Made by a program: the position numbers and the translations under genes
Assembly (NCBI GenBank): GCA_965644295.1
Contig: CBFFRP010000200.1
Span: 1-64,000, forward strand
Reading direction: 5' to 3'
From: Paraphysomonas bandaiensis
Taxonomy: Eukaryota; Protista; Chrysophyceae
Length of the DNA: 64,000 nucleotides
Notes under the pieces: generated by a model
Seen by the model: only the letters and a program-made list of their open reading frames with translations
The model's database searches: none
What the model was told of the DNA's origin: nothing
Shown here: positions 12,709 to 27,900 of the stretch, piece by piece
How the letters are laid out: each line of letters begins with the position of its first letter
Position numbering within the stretch: the stretch's first letter is position 1

Positions 12709-12932
12709 TTTTTCATTGAATTTCTGCGTGTATTATCGTGCTGGTTTATATTTTGGTATACGGTATTGAGAGCGTGCTGAAGTTGAGAAAGTAGAACAAA
12801 TAATCACTTAATGTATTTTCTACTGCAGTTACAAATTTGGCAGAACTCAAATTCTTTACGTTTTGTGGATAAATATGTAAATATATAGGATTAAACGTTG
12901 TTAAAAGAAGGCAAAGTCAAAGTGGTGTAGGC

Positions 12933-13229
12933 CAGGCTTGCGTAACAATTAATTGGTTTGAAAAGTGATAATTTCAACTATTGTTTAGCAGAGCTAAGAT
13001 TGTTATGGCTGATTTTCGCAAGCGAATGACACCTAGACACCTTGAAATATCGATGCTTCTGCGTGAAAATCGGCATCTTTGGGATGATATTCTAAAATCT
13101 AGCGATAGAATTGAATGCAACTAATTGGATTTTTTCAATTAATAGCATTGCCAATATTTGGATGCTTGATTAATAAGTGCAATTATTATTGCTGGGCATC
13201 TGCCACCAATTAATTATTACGCAAGCCTG
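12933..13229. mobile_element. hAT-type MITE (297 bp)
   Basis: 25-bp TIR CAGGCTTGCGTAA(C/T)AATTAATTGGT. The 8-bp TSD is GTGTAGGC / GTGTGGGC (1 mismatch). CAG..CTG ends with an 8-bp TSD are typical of hAT elements. Confidence 0.8.
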
Positions 13230-13499
13230 GTGTGGGCTATATACTATATAAGCCACAGGACTCTATCGTAATCAATTTGAAGCTATCTCGTGTAAATTCT
13301 AAAACAACGTTTCAACTAAAATATCCTGTGCACTATGCAGTCATTTTACTTCAGTTCCTAATTTTTATCATACTAATTGTACATTTTACTACGCTTTTTT
13401 GTACATAGTGAGTTATGGAATAATTAGTACTTAACACTCTTTTTGTGTCTACCCTTTACTCGAACACCGATATCACAGCGATTCTTAGCTGGAACCGAC

Positions 13500-14110
13500 C
13501 TCTTATCAAAACCCTTTTGGTTTGAGACTGTACCCTCAACCTCGCCGCCTTCAACGGTCTTCTTTGCTCTTCGACAGAAGTAGAAGAGTGGGCTTCACTG
13601 AGATGTGTCGGTAGTGCCATGGCCATTATTGACCATACTTGAAACCGACCGTTCCCAATGAACCAACTTATGCACTCAATAGATCTAGTATAACCCAAGC
13701 GAGTTGCCCCTCGACGAGGACCCTGCACAAAGCACACAGGGGGTATATATTCCTAATGTCCTGCTCATCCAGAATCCACTGTGAAAGAGCGTTAAGCCCG
13801 AGAGAATGCTTAGAATCCTCTGTCCAGCGCGTGTTATCCTCACCAGGCCTAATTTTTCTGCCTCTTGTAATAGGGAATGAAATTCAGACTCATATCCCAG
13901 GTCATCCTGTGCATTTGTGCATCACACTGCACTTGCAGACCGCCCGAAAGGGTTCAGTTTCAACATTTCCGACCAGCCCCTTTGCAATATTACAAAAACG
14001 AATAAAACTCTGCCGAATTAGCACATTCGGATCTACTCTATTGGAGTCCTTGACACTATACAGGTACTGTATTGGAATTCCACTGTTAACGTCGCCATAC
14101 ATTGTACAAG
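13500..14110 (-). pseudogene. Possible decayed hAT transposase fragment
   Basis: The stop-interrupted minus frame has KLGLVRITRW followed by AWVILDLL, resembling the hAT TRW(NS) and W..L..L motifs. It sits next to the hAT MITE. Confidence 0.3.
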
Positions 14111-14434
14111 GTACAAGAACACTAAAGCCTATATTTCAATGGAACTAGTTGCAGCTCTTTACACCCTATGTTTCACCGCGATACTTGTTAGATAAATTAC
14201 TTCGTTGTGATATTCGAAGTGCACATTACGTAAGACATTACGTAGTTTCGTGCGAACATAGAACAGTTGACAGTTCCTGGGACTATTATTTCATACATTA
14301 TTTCAAGTTCATATGATTACAAGAGTACTATCCTTACATTGATATAAACATGTACTGTACACAACCGAGAGATCTAGTGACACATCTATACTTCAACTAT
14401 GCGGTTGTTAATCTGCTACTTTTCACATTGAGCA

Positions 14435-15279
14435 TTACACCCCAAATGAATGCTTGGTTGTGTTCGGACGTCTATTCGACTGTTTTTGCTTGACAGTACT
14501 TCCTCCACGATCACTGTTATCATCGTTACACAAGCCGGAGCTCTCGGAATCCACTGTTGTTACGCTATCATCGCTGTTATATTTCATTCCTTCAATATCA
14601 CCGCCTGCAATCATGGCTTCAAATCTTTCTTGTTCCAATTGCTGGAGAAAACTATTAATGGCATATATTTCAGCACGGTATCGTCGCCTCTCTGCATTCT
14701 TTGCCAAAATTTTATCCTGCCGACGCTTTTTTTCCCGCATGATTTCATCCTGAAACAACTCAACTGAAATACAATGACAGGAAGTAAGCGCACCTCGCTC
14801 TTCTGCTTTATCAAACGTTGCTTCTGAATAGATTGGACTGCACGCGCAACTGCAGCAGCATGTAACTCTGAAATATCTGGCATTTTATTTCTCTAGTAGC
14901 GACGTAAGGTAAAATGGGGATATACATAATGACGTACCACTATAATATCTGAGTCGGACTGCCTTGCATTTTCTGTGCGAGAAACCAAACTAGCTGTTTG
15001 ACCACGGGTCAAAGATTTAGAAAATTCTTGACATTTGTTTCTCCGTGCAGCCCGTCTAACTGGAGATGTCGATGAGGCAGGAGGGTTAAATAACCGCCTC
15101 ATATTGTCAGCTTCCTTTTTCTTCGAATGTAATGCCGGCAACGACTGTTTCGAATTTATTGGGCGTCTGCTCGGCGAAGATTGCAACTGTGCAGTTGCAC
15201 TCTTGCTCCTTGCGCAATCATGGCTCGATGTAAATGCTCGACCCACCACTGAACTCCCAGAAAAGTCGTTAGAAGCCAT
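14435..15279 (-). CDS. Hypothetical protein (Ser/Arg-rich N-terminus, coiled-coil C-terminus), 3 exons
   Basis: Three ORFs join in frame through GT-AG introns 14893-14937 and 14750-14793. I recognise no domain. Confidence 0.6.
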
Positions 15280-15918
15280 ATGAAAGAAATACAATCAGAG
15301 GAGTGGCGGCCTCATTGAGATCGATTCTTCTACATTCAGGTACTCAAATAGATGGTTCGTGGATGAGAAGTGTAAATGGCATGTTCGCTGTCTGTTAAGT
15401 CTTATTGCTTACCACTATCACTTTGAACGTTAACACCAGCACAGCTTGTACACATACTCTCATATCGTAGTATAACTTACTTGTCATTCGTTTTTCTGTC
15501 CTTGTAGAATACACAGCTGCACTCTGTACTCTTTTTTTCACAGTTTGGAAGCAAAATGCCGAAAAAACCTAGTTTTTTTTCGAACCACTGACATACAAAA
15601 GCAGCAGTACATAAAGAGTACTGCGGCATATAAAAAAGCCATATTTTCAACACATTAAAGTGCAATACGAAAAAAATGTACCATGTTTTCAGTTTCAGTT
15701 CTACAGTATCCACGACTTTTAAAGATATATAAGCGGCAGTTACATATTATTATCAAAAAATGAAGTGGATTTCTATGTGAAGGTTTTCTTGACGCTTTAA
15801 TGCAATAACATGCATGTATATCTGCAGCCTGAAGTTATTATTAAGACAATACAACTATCAGAAATTGTTGTTGACTCAATGCATGTATTGTAGTGGTTGA
15901 TAGAATAGGCTGACTGGA

Positions 15919-18900
15919 ATGACAGATAATCGCACTCTGATGTCGCGTACTGCGCCACTCCCACCATCACCGTCAAAGGGAAAGCACGACACAGACTTTC
16001 AACTGCTTGATCACAATAATTTTGTAAAGAGCTTAAAACATACGAAAAAGATTAAGGCACCAGTTAAACTTACTAAGTCAATCAAACAACCACCAGTGCG
16101 TGCATTTCCGGGCGATGTGCGGAAAAGTCATAAGCAATCTGAAACGCGGGTCAGCAATCGTACTACTGTTGACGAACTTGATACGTATGAATATGGTGGA
16201 TTTCAGTTCAAAGAGCCACCACCTGAGAGCACTGCACTTGCTAGTGATTTTTTGAAAATTGACCAGTCGAAACTACCCCTTGAAATGTTTGACAGTATAG
16301 AGTATGAAGAAGTGGACAAGAGCCCTGAAGAATGGTTAGCTAGCGGGTCTAAAGGATATGCCCCCTTTTTTCACATGCATAAATGGATGTGGCGCGAGGT
16401 AGATGTTCTTGGGTATGATCCATCGGCCAAAGAATACCAGGTTCAGTTTTTGCCTGATGGAATTATTAAGTCCGTTCACCGATTGAACTTGCGATTTAAT
16501 GCCGAAAATGAGAATATGTTCAATGCCCGCAGGGAGGTAGCCGAAAATGCGCGCAAAGAGACGAAGCAGATAATGAGACTTGATCATTTCATTAATCAAC
16601 AACCGAAAGAAGAAATTCGACCGATTGGTCAGGAGAGTCTTCGCAGAATACATGAGCGAGTAATCGATGGGCTGGCACTCTCTGTTCCGTTTCCAGAACA
16701 GGGCACTCACCTGGGTAACCTGTTGCGTAACCTCACTGGAGAGTTTATTCACTGGTATTCTCGAACGATGAAGAAAACAGTTCTGCATGCTAAGCTCAGT
16801 GGCATACATCGAGATGAAGCTGTTGTCAACAGATATCAAGAACTGAGCTTGCCTCCTGTTCCTCCAAAGCCACCAGTTCCCCGCATTGGGAAAGTCCCCT
16901 GTCCGGAATACCCCTACCATGACTTTCGTCGCCGTGTTTCTCAGCTTCATTATTCTGCTCAGAAAGAAGTTCTGGCAGTGTACAGGTGGTTGTATGATAA
17001 ATGGATGTATCAGTTCCAAAATTATCGCTTCATGGATACATCATTGAAGAAACTAGAGTTACCGACAACGCTTGAATTGTTTCAGCAGGTGCAAAATGAT
17101 TTGCTAGATCACTCAATTAAAGTGATGCGGATTGATTTTCGTCACGCTCTTTTGGATCATTTTGTTGATGCTGTACAGGACATATTCGACTTCTTTCAGT
17201 CGAATATGAAAGTTTATCAGTCTGGCTCCCTCTCAAAACTATTTCGTGTAATCCACTTACAGATCTCGAATTTCTTGCGCACTTCTCTATTCGAATCTCT
17301 CTACATGTGGCAGTCATTTGTTGAGAATTACACTACCTTAAAATCTGAGGATTTAGTTGAAGTAACAGTGGACTCACAGAACTCCTCGCAGTGGAAGGAG
17401 TCTGAGAAGCGTTTTCCGTTGGAGGTACGGCCATCGCTATTTCAAGTTGAGCTTGTTGTTAATGGTTCGCAAGTGGTACTGGAACCGAGTGTTAAGGACA
17501 TTGAGAATGTTTTTATTAGAGCCATAGATAAAATGATATCTGCCATTCGATCAGTCACATCGTTTGATAGGGATGCAATGAGTCTGTTGCAGTTGGAATC
17601 CAAAATTCTTCTCAACGTGGGCTCACATGACCCACTCTATGCGGATGTAGATAAACGCATTGAAGAAGTTAAGCAAAACATTCGTGAGTGTGTTGCCAAA
17701 GCTGCTGATAGGCCACTGGCTATTGCAGAGATGTTTCAGGAGTACATGTGGCTCTTGGAAACTGATGTGGATGAGTATCTTGATAACCTTGTGGCATGTG
17801 ACCCACCTCCAAAGCTGGATGACTATCTTTCTGAACTTTACAAAATGAGTAATGCAGTCACCGGAATCAGAAATCTCACATTTAAGTCTGAAGATTTTAG
17901 TATGATGCAGATCAGATCTGAAAATACCCGCGATATCCTTATTAGCCACGCTATCAAGAAAAGAGATGGAATTCTGAATATAATTGTAACGGAAGCTCAC
18001 GATCAGAATGTTGCCATTGTTCAAGGATACAAGAGCATATTGGAGCGAATATCGCAGAAGCCCTCCAATGAAAAACAGTTAGCGGATTTACGTGAGTTTA
18101 TTCAGTCTACGAAGACAACTGTGGAGGATTTAAAGAACCAAGTGAAGGTAAAGTAGTATTTCACACCGTTGCTGCTGTAACTTCTCCACAGGAAACGAGG
18201 AAAGCTCTAGCTGTTTTAGATGTGTTTTACGTACCTCTTCCAGTTGAAGAAATGACCTTATCTTGGTCCACACTGGAATTCCCTTCCAAGGTGGAAGCGT
18301 CTGCGCGTGATGTTGAAATTGCTTTGGAAGAAGATAAAGTTCGAATGATGGATAAACTCGCTTTGGAAAAGCAACAGTTTGAGCAGTTGATTGAAAGGCT
18401 TGAGTTTGACACGAAGAAGGCAAAGTCTTTCGACGATTACAATGAGAAGGACACTATTGTCGAGTATGTTAACACACTTATGGATTCTATTATTGATGCA
18501 AAGCAGCGTGGCGATGATTTTAATATGCGCGAAAATGTTTTCGGTTTTCCTCCAACTGACTACGCCATTTTAGATTCTTTTATTGAGCAACTGAACCCAT
18601 ATTATAAATTATGGAATATGGTGTCGGATTTTCACAACTCGAAGAATGACTGGTTACACGGAGATTTCAAGGATTTGGATGGAAATAAAATCGAAGAGGA
18701 TATGTCTGAGTGGTGGAAGTCGTCCTACAAACTTGCCAAAAGTCTTGAGGAAGATAGTCCAGGCGCTGCTGCATGCGCTCAGCAGTTGCGTGAGCACACA
18801 ACAGAATTCAGAAGTCACTTGCCTGTGATTCAATCTCTCGCATCTAAGGCACTCAAACGTCGACATTGGGATGCACTTAGCGAACTCCTTGGAAAAAATA

Positions 18901-21900
18901 TCGATCCTGAAGACGAGCTCACGCTGATGGCACTTTTAGACCTTGATGCCGCTGGTCATATTGAGCAAATTCAGGAAGTGACTATTGCTGCTGAGAAAGA
19001 ATACAATCTAGAGAAGAATCTTGCCAATATGATCAAAGAATGGGAGGCGATTGAGTTCGAAGTAAAAGCCTATAAAGAAAGTGGTACATTTGTTGTAGGT
19101 GGAATTGACGATATCATTACCCTCCTTGATGATCATATTGTGAAAACACAAACAATGCGAGGGTCACCCTACATCAGACCCATTGAAAAAGAGGCGAAAG
19201 AATGGGAATACAAACTGAAATATGCTCAGAGTTTGTTGGATGCGTGGATAGCATGCCAACGTACTTGGATGTACTTAGAACCAATTTTCGGCTCTGAAGA
19301 TATCATGCGACAGCTCCCAACTGAGGCCCGAAGATTTAATGGTGTGGATAATTTGTGGCGCAAAACGCTCAGTGAAACATCTCAGGACCCCACGTTTATG
19401 ACTCAAGCTGATCCTGATAAGAGACTTGAAGAAAAGTTCGTGAAAGCCAACGAAAAGTTGGATGAAATCCAAAAAGGTTTGAATGACTACCTGGAAACGA
19501 AGAGGCTTTATTTTCCAAGATTTTTCTTCTTATCTAATGACGAGCTGTTAGAAATATTATCGCAAACAAAAGAGCCTAGAGCTGTTCAACCCCACCTAGG
19601 GAAGTGCTTTGAAGGAGTCAATAAAGTAAAATTCGAGGAGGATTTAAAAATTAGCAAGATGATATCCAGTGAAGGCGAAGAGGTTGATATGGATAAGTGT
19701 GTGGACCCCGAAACCCCAGCGAACAAAGGGAATGTAGAGAAGTGGCTCTTGCAGTTGGAATCTATCCAGTGGGATTCTATTCGAACCCTCACAGTGGCAT
19801 CTCTGGAAGAGTATACTCAGATTAGTCGGAAACAGTGGATCCTAAATTGGCCTGCCCAAGTCATTCTAGGTGTTTCTTGTGTTTACTGGACACGTGAAGT
19901 TACATCTGCATTAATGGGTGAAGTTCCCCTCGCTGAAATCAACAGCAAGCTTGACGGCCAACTTCATGAAATGGTTGATCTTGTTCGAGGAAAGCTAAAT
20001 AAGCTTCAGCGAAAAACTCTTGGTGCCCTAACAACCATTGATGTTCACAATAGGGATGTGGTATCGAAAATGGTGGAGTTAGGAACGCACGAGGTGACAG
20101 ATTTTGAGTGGATGTCTCAGTTCCGTTACTACTGGGAAGATTCATGGCGAGATGGACAAGCAGTGAAAAAGGGAGATAAAACTCTAGTAGCTAGAATAGT
20201 GAATGCTCGTTGTCTATACGGCTATGAATATTTGGGAAATACTATGAGGCTTGTTATTACCCCACTCACGGATCGCTGTTATCGCACAATGATTGGAGCT
20301 GTTGATCTTCTGTATGGTGGCGCTCCGGAGGGACCTGCTGGTACGGGAAAGACGGAGACCGTAAAGGATCTCTCCAAGGCGGTAGCTATACATTGTGTAG
20401 TTTTCAACTGCTCAGATGGTCTGGACTACTTAGCTATGGCAAAATTTTTTAAGGGCTTAGCTGGATGTGGTTCATGGTGTTGCTTCGACGAGTTCAATCG
20501 TATAAATATTGAGGTGTTATCTGTGATTGCACAGCAAATATTGATGATTAATCAGGGGAAGAGGGAGAAGAAAGAAATGTTTACATTTGAAGGGACGTAT
20601 ATGAAGTTGAATTGGAACTGTAATGTATTTATCACGATGAATCCCGGTTACGCTGGACGCGCAGAACTTCCTGATAACCTAAAGGCACTGTTTCGTCCGT
20701 GTGCTATGATGGTTCCCGACTATGCGATGATTGGTGAAATTAGATTGTACTCTTTTGGCTTCGGTGCAGCCAGATCAAATGCTCAAAAAATTGTCCGTGT
20801 GCTTCAGCTCTCATCTGAACAGCTGTCGTCTCAGAAGCACTATGACTATGGTATGCGAGCTGTTAACTCTATTCTTGTAGCTGCTGGAAATCTTCGTCAG
20901 CAGCTTGGTGATGACCCACAATGGGACGAGTCTAAAATTGTATTGCGATCGATAAATGATGTTAACCTTGCTAAGTTTCTTGTTGAGGATCTACCACTAT
21001 TTAATGGTATAACATCAGATTTATTTCCCGGTGTAGTGCTTCCGGAAGCGAACTATGGTTGTTTGCCGCGATGTCTAGAAACTGTTGGTCGAGAAGGATT
21101 CGAGATTGCCCCGGGAAATGTATTTCGCGTGGAAAACAAACCGGAGTATGCAATGAAGTGCATTCAATTATATGAAATGGTTCTCGTTAGACACGGTGTG
21201 ATGGTAGTGGGGCAGACATGCTCCGGCAAAACTGCGACAATTCATAATCTTGCCAAAGGAATGACACTAGCAAATGCAGAAGACCCCGACAATTTTGAGA
21301 AGGTCCAAATATTTACTATTAATCCGAAGTCTGTAACATCTGGACAACTCTATGGTCTCTTCGATGAGAACACCCACGAGTTTGTTGATGGCGTGCTAGC
21401 TGTAACGTTCCGTCGTTGTGCAAAAGATACATCGAAAGATAGGAAATGGCTCTTACTTGATGGTCCCGTCGATGCGGTATGGATTGAAAATATGAATACT
21501 GTCCTTGACGACAACAAGAAGCTGTGCCTTAATTCTGGCGAGATAGTCAAGATGAGTGACCAAATGACTATGATGTTTGAAGCTGAAGACTTGGAGCAAG
21601 CTTCGCCTGCAACAGTCTCACGAGTGGGTATGATATTTTGTGAAACGCGCAATATTGGGTGGTCTCCGGTGAGGAACATATGGCTAGAATCTCTATCAGA
21701 TGTGATGACAGCTCATAAAGAATTTTTATCTGGACTTTTTGACTGGCTCTTCCCTGTCATGACATATTACGTCACGAAGTATTGCAGACAACCCACACCA
21801 ATTGCACCACAGGAATTGATTTTCTCTATCACGAGATTGCTAAAGTGTCTGCTCGATGGTGATGATGGTTTGGCCTCTGATATACCGAAAGTTATTGAAG

Positions 21901-24900
21901 GATGCTTTATATTTGCTCTGGTTTGGTCGGTAGGGGCATGTGTTGATGGAGAAGGAAGAAAGAAATTTGATCACTATTTGCGCCTCGTTTTGTCTGCCGA
22001 AGTATATGAAACTACGGAGTATGAGGATTTCCGCATCAAGACTCCTGAATATGAAGCAGATGTGACTCGAAAGTCGGTGGTAGTTCCTCCGGATTCTGGA
22101 ATGGTTCATGACTTTCTCTTCGATACTAAGACTGCAAAGTGGCTTAACTGGATGGATGGTCGCCCGACATTCAAGATCGATAAAAGTGCGAAATTTAATG
22201 ATATTGTGGTGCCAACGATTGATACCGTGCGCAACGAATGGTTACTGGAGATAATGCTGCGAAAGGGATACCATGTGATGTGTACGGGTGATACAGGCAC
22301 TGGCAAGTCTGTTTCAGTTAAGTCCAAATTATTCGGTGGCATGCCCGAGAAATTCAGTTCTATTGCACTCAATTTTTCAGCACAAACAAGTGCCAATCAA
22401 ACACAAGATTTAATTGACTCCAAACTTGACAAAAGGCGCAAAGGTGTACTGGGACCTCCCTTAGGGATGACCACAATTGTTTTCGTGGATGATTTGAATA
22501 TGCCCGCGAAAGAGGTGTATGGTGCGCAACCTCCTATCGAAATACTTCGTCAGTGGATGGACCACCAAGGCTGGTACGACCGCAAGGAGAATTCCTTCAG
22601 ACAACTTATCGATATTCAGTTTTGCGCTGCCATGGGTCCTCCTGGAGGTGGGAGAACGAAAATCACACAGCGGTATGTGCGACACTTCAATGTTATCAAC
22701 TTTATCAATTTTAACGACGAGTCTTTGGCACGTGTGTTTGGTACTATTCTCGACTGGCGACTATCTCAGGGGTTCGCAGGGCCTGTGAAACAGCTTTCTG
22801 TTGCCACAGTCACTGCCACTATCGAAATATATAACTCCATTGCTTCCAATTTGTTGCCGACTCCAGCCAAATCACACTATACATTTAACTTGAGAGATTT
22901 GTCCAAAGTTTTCCAAGGAGTATTAATGGGTGATGCTAGCCGAGTAAAAGACAAGGACTCCTTTATTAAGCTGTGGTCACATGAATTGATGAGAGTGTTT
23001 CACGATCGTTTAACGGACGAACCAGATAGAAATTGGTTCAAGGCCTCTATCGTCTCCAAGGTTAAAGAAGCATTTGGCGTTGATTTCAACAAGATTAAGG
23101 GTGAGAGGGACCTAATATATGCAGATTTTGGTGACCCGAAAGCGAGTGTGAAAGTCTATCAAGAACTTACGGATATGGAATCCCTGTCAAAAGCAATGGA
23201 AGACTACCTCGATGATTACAATGCTATAACCACGAAGCCCATGAATCTTGTACTCTTTGCCAGCGCAATTGAACATGTTGCAAGGATTTCGAGGGTTATT
23301 AACCAACCATACGGCAATGCTCTCTTAGTCGGAGTTGGTGGTTCTGGAAGGAAGTCGCTCACTACACTAGCAGTGCACATTGCAGATTTCGAACTATTTA
23401 CTATCGAAATTACGAAGAGCTACGGCATGTTTGATTGGCGAGAGGACATCAAAAGCGTGATGAACAAGGCTGGTATACACGACAAAGCTACAGTCTTCAT
23501 GATTGATGACACCCAACTTGTCAAAGAAGCATTTTTGGAGGACATCAACGGGATTTTAAATACTGGAGAGGTTGCCAATTTGTTTAATTCTGATGAAATG
23601 GCTCAAATGATGGATGCATTATCGAAGGTGTGTCTCGAGAATAATATCAATACAGCTTCCCCAACAGACGTATATAATTTCTATATTAGTCGAGTGAGAA
23701 CGAATTTGCATATGGTGTTGTGCTTGTCGCCAATCGGAGAAGCTTTCCGCACCAGACTTCGAATGTTTCCCTCATTAGTCAACTGCTGTACTATTGACTG
23801 GTTCACTGAGTGGCCGGAAGAGGCTCTCCGTAGCGTAGCGTACTTCTTTTTAGAGTCTGTTGAACTTGATCAAGAAGTTAAACAAGGAGTTGTTGATGTA
23901 TGTGTTGACATGCAAGTCAGAGTGGTATCACTATCAAAGAAATACTTGGCAGAAATGCAGCGGCACTACTATGTTACACCAACTTCCTATTTGGAGTTAA
24001 TTAACACATTCAAGGGCTTGTTGAATAAACAGCGCACAGATGTGTTCGAGAGAAAGGCTCGTTATGACAATGGATTGTCGAAACTGAAGGAAACTGCTGA
24101 CCAGGTCAATGATATGCAGGTGTACTTGGAGGACTTGCAGCCGAAGCTGATAGAGGCGACCGTGGCCACAGATGCGTTGCTAGTTAAAATTGCTGCTGAT
24201 AGAAAGGTTGCTGATGCTCAGAGTGTTGTTGTGAATGCTGAAGCTGAGAAATGTAACATTCAAGCTGCTGAGGCGACAGCGCTCAAGGAGTCATGTGAAG
24301 CTGATTTGGCTGAGGCCATACCTGCTCTAGAAGCAGCGGAACGTGCACTAAAGAATCTAGATAAGAGTGATATTACGGAGATGAAGGCTATGAAGAAACC
24401 ATCATTAGCTATAAAAAGTGTGATGGCCGCGTGTTGCATTATGTTGGGAGTGAAGCCCGATAAGAAAATGAAAGAAGGTGATCCCCGGATTGACCCTTAC
24501 TGGGTTCCTGCTACAAAATCACTCTTGAATGATGCTCGCTTCTTGCAAAGATTGCAAAACTACGACAGAGATAACATGGATCCCGCTGTCGTAGCGGGTG
24601 CCAAGGAGTTTACTGACGACCCTGAATTCGACCCTGAAGTTGTAGCTAAGAAAGGGTCTGCTGCTGCAGCAGGACTTGCCAGATGGGTACATGCCATGGT
24701 TAAATACGATCGTGTTGCAAGAACTGTTGCTCCTAAGCGTGCCGCGTTAAAAGAGGCTGAAGCCACGCTCAAGATAGCCCAAGCTGACCTTGCTGAGAAA
24801 CAAGCCTCTCTAAAAGAAGTTATGGACAAGGTAGCTGAGTTGCAGACGTCTTTAACAGAAGCTGAAGAAAAGAAAGATTCTCTGAATAAGCAAGTGACCG

Positions 24901-27900
24901 ATTGTGAAGCCAAATTGAAGCGTGCTGATGCCCTAATAAAAGGATTAGGGGGCGAGAAGTCCAGATGGACTGATATGAGTATAAAGTTGGAGAAATTGTA
25001 TGACAATGTCACAGGCGACATCGTATTGTCTGCAGGTGTGATTGCATACATGGGAGCATTTATTTCTTCTTACAGAGAACAAGCGATCGAACAGTGGTCA
25101 GCATTGCTCAGACAGAAGAACATTACATGCTCAGCTGATTTTAATCTGAGAGAAACTTTAGGCAATGCTGTAGAAATCCGATCGTGGGTTATTAATCGGC
25201 TTCCGAATGATTCCTTTTCTATCGAGAACGCTATTATGTTATCAAAAAGTAATCGATGGCCGTTGATGATTGACCCTCAAGGTCAAGCGAATAAATGGGT
25301 CAAGAAAATGGAGGAAAATAATGGTATAAAAGTTGTCAAACAAAACCAAGGTAACTTTGTTCGTACAATTGAGAATGCAATACAGTTTGGGTCTCCCGTC
25401 TTACTTGAGAATGTCCCCGATTCGTTGGATCCTATATTGGAGCCCATTTTACTCAAACAGATTGTTGTTGCTGGTGGCGTCGCAACTATACGTCTTGGTG
25501 ATGCCACGATAGAGTATGATAAAAAGTTTAGGTTGTATATCACCACAAAGCTCCGAAATCCCCATTACCCACCAGAGCTGTGCGTCAAAGTTAATCTCCT
25601 CAATTTCATGGCAACTTCTGAAGGCTTGCAGGACCAAATGCTTGGAAGAGTAGTTGCAATGGAGCAGCAAGAGCTCGAAGCTCAAAGGCAACAGTTGATT
25701 ATTGAGGATGCAGAAAATCAGCGGCAGCTCAAAGAGATCGAGGATAAGATTCTGTATTTGCTTAAAAACGCTGAAGGCAATATACTTGACGATGAAGTCC
25801 TCATCGATACATTGGGAGATTCTAAAAAGACTTCGAATATTATCCAAGAAAAAGTTAAAATTGCTGAGCAAACACAGAATAGAATTGCGAAAGTTCGACA
25901 GGGCTATGTTCCCGTGGCCTTTCAGTCGTCTCAGCTTTTCTTTTGTATTGCTGATTTGGCTGGAGTGGATCCTATGTATCAATACTCTCTTGACTGGTAC
26001 ATTACGTTGTACGAGCTAGCCATTACGAATGCGGAGAAATCCAGTAATCTTGATGAACGTCTCCAAAACTTGAACGATTGTTTTACGTACATGCTGTATA
26101 AGAATGTCTGTCGATCTCTCTTTGAGAAGGATAAGCTATTGTTCTCCTTTTTGCTCACAACAAAGATTTTGTTGGGTCAGCAGAAGCTACACAGCGAAGA
26201 ATTACGTTTTTTCTTGCAAGGCAATACTGCAATGGATTTAGCTGAACCCAACCCTTTCCCTTGGCTAAGTGACAAATCGTGGAATGATGTTTTGGCATTG
26301 TGCAAGCTTCCGCGATTCTCTGGATTCATGTCACTGTTTAAGAAGCAATCTTCTATATGGAAGGATCTTGTCGACTCTTCTACTCCAGAAGAAATAATTG
26401 CAGATACTCTCTCCGAAAAGTATGATGAGTTTCAGAGATTGTGTGTTACAAGATGTTTGCGCCCAGATGTTGTCGTGCCAAGTGTTCAGCAGTATATTGG
26501 TAATGAAATGGGCACCAAGTTTATTGAACCTCCACCTTTGAACATGAAAGAGTGCTTTGATGATTCGAAATGCTTCACTCCGTTAATTTTCGTGTTAACC
26601 CCTGGAGCTGATCCAATGACTGAACTCATTAAACTTGCCGACGAATTAGGTTTCGGGAACAAGCTACAGGTCATATCTCTTGGGCAGGGTCAAGGGCCTA
26701 TTGCTGAAAATGCTATTCTTGATGCCGGTGATAAAGGAACATGGGTTTGTCTCCAGAATTGTCACTTGTCGATATCATGGATGCCCACGCTTGAAAAAAT
26801 CTGCGAAGAATTCTCGGAGGACACACTTCACCCTAACTTTAGATTGTGGCTTACATCCGAACCGTCACCACACTTTCCTGCCTTTGTACTGCAGAATGGT
26901 GTGAAGATGACTAACGAGCCTCCAAAGGGAATGCGTGCAAATCTATTGGGATCGTTTCTGCAAATTGATAGTAGCTGGTATGAAGGATGCAACCGACGAG
27001 ATGAGTTCAAAAAGATGTTGTTCGGCTTGACTTTCTTTCATGCAGCTGTGAGGGAAAGAAGAAAATTCGGGCCATTGGGGTGGAATATTCAGTATGTATT
27101 CTCTCCTCCTGACTTAAGAATTTCACTTGACCAATTGAGAATATTTTTAGATGACTTGCGACCGGATGACAATGTGCCTTATGCTGCTTTGTCATACCTT
27201 GTGGGAGAATGTAATTATGGTGGTAGGGTTACCGACGATAAGGACCGACGCTGCATTCTGAATATTTTAGATGATTTTTACACACCAAATATCCTTCTCG
27301 ACAGCTATAAATTTTCTCCGAGTGGAATATATTATGCACCCCCATGTGGTTCACTAAGCAGCGTGCTGGACTATGTTAGAACTCTGCCCTACAATGAGGG
27401 ACCTGAAGTGTTCGGTCTTCATGAGAATGCCAATATATCTTGCGCCTTAGCTGAAACGAACTTGTTGCTGGATACAGCACTAAGCCTTCAACCGCGCTCT
27501 GCAGCTGGTGGTGGTAAAAGTTGGGGGGAAACATTAGAAGAACTTGCAGCAGACATCGCTGCACGCTTACCGCCCATGTATGACATAGAAAAGGCATTGA
27601 TTTTGTTTCCTGTTCGCTATGAAGAATCAATGAATACCGTGCTGACACAAGAGTTGATCCGTTTCAATAGGCTTATAGGAAGAGTGTCGAGTACGCTGAA
27701 AGATGTACAAAAGGCAATTAAAGGTCTGGTGGTAATGTCAGCTGAGCTTGAGGATATGGGTAACGCAATGGTTGTCGGAAAGGTTCCAGGATTGTGGGCA
27801 GCTGTTGCGTACCCTTCTCTGAAGCCACTTGGATCATGGACGAACGATCTGTTGGAAAGGTTGCAGTTTTTGGGGTCATGGATGAATGAAGGTGTCGCCC

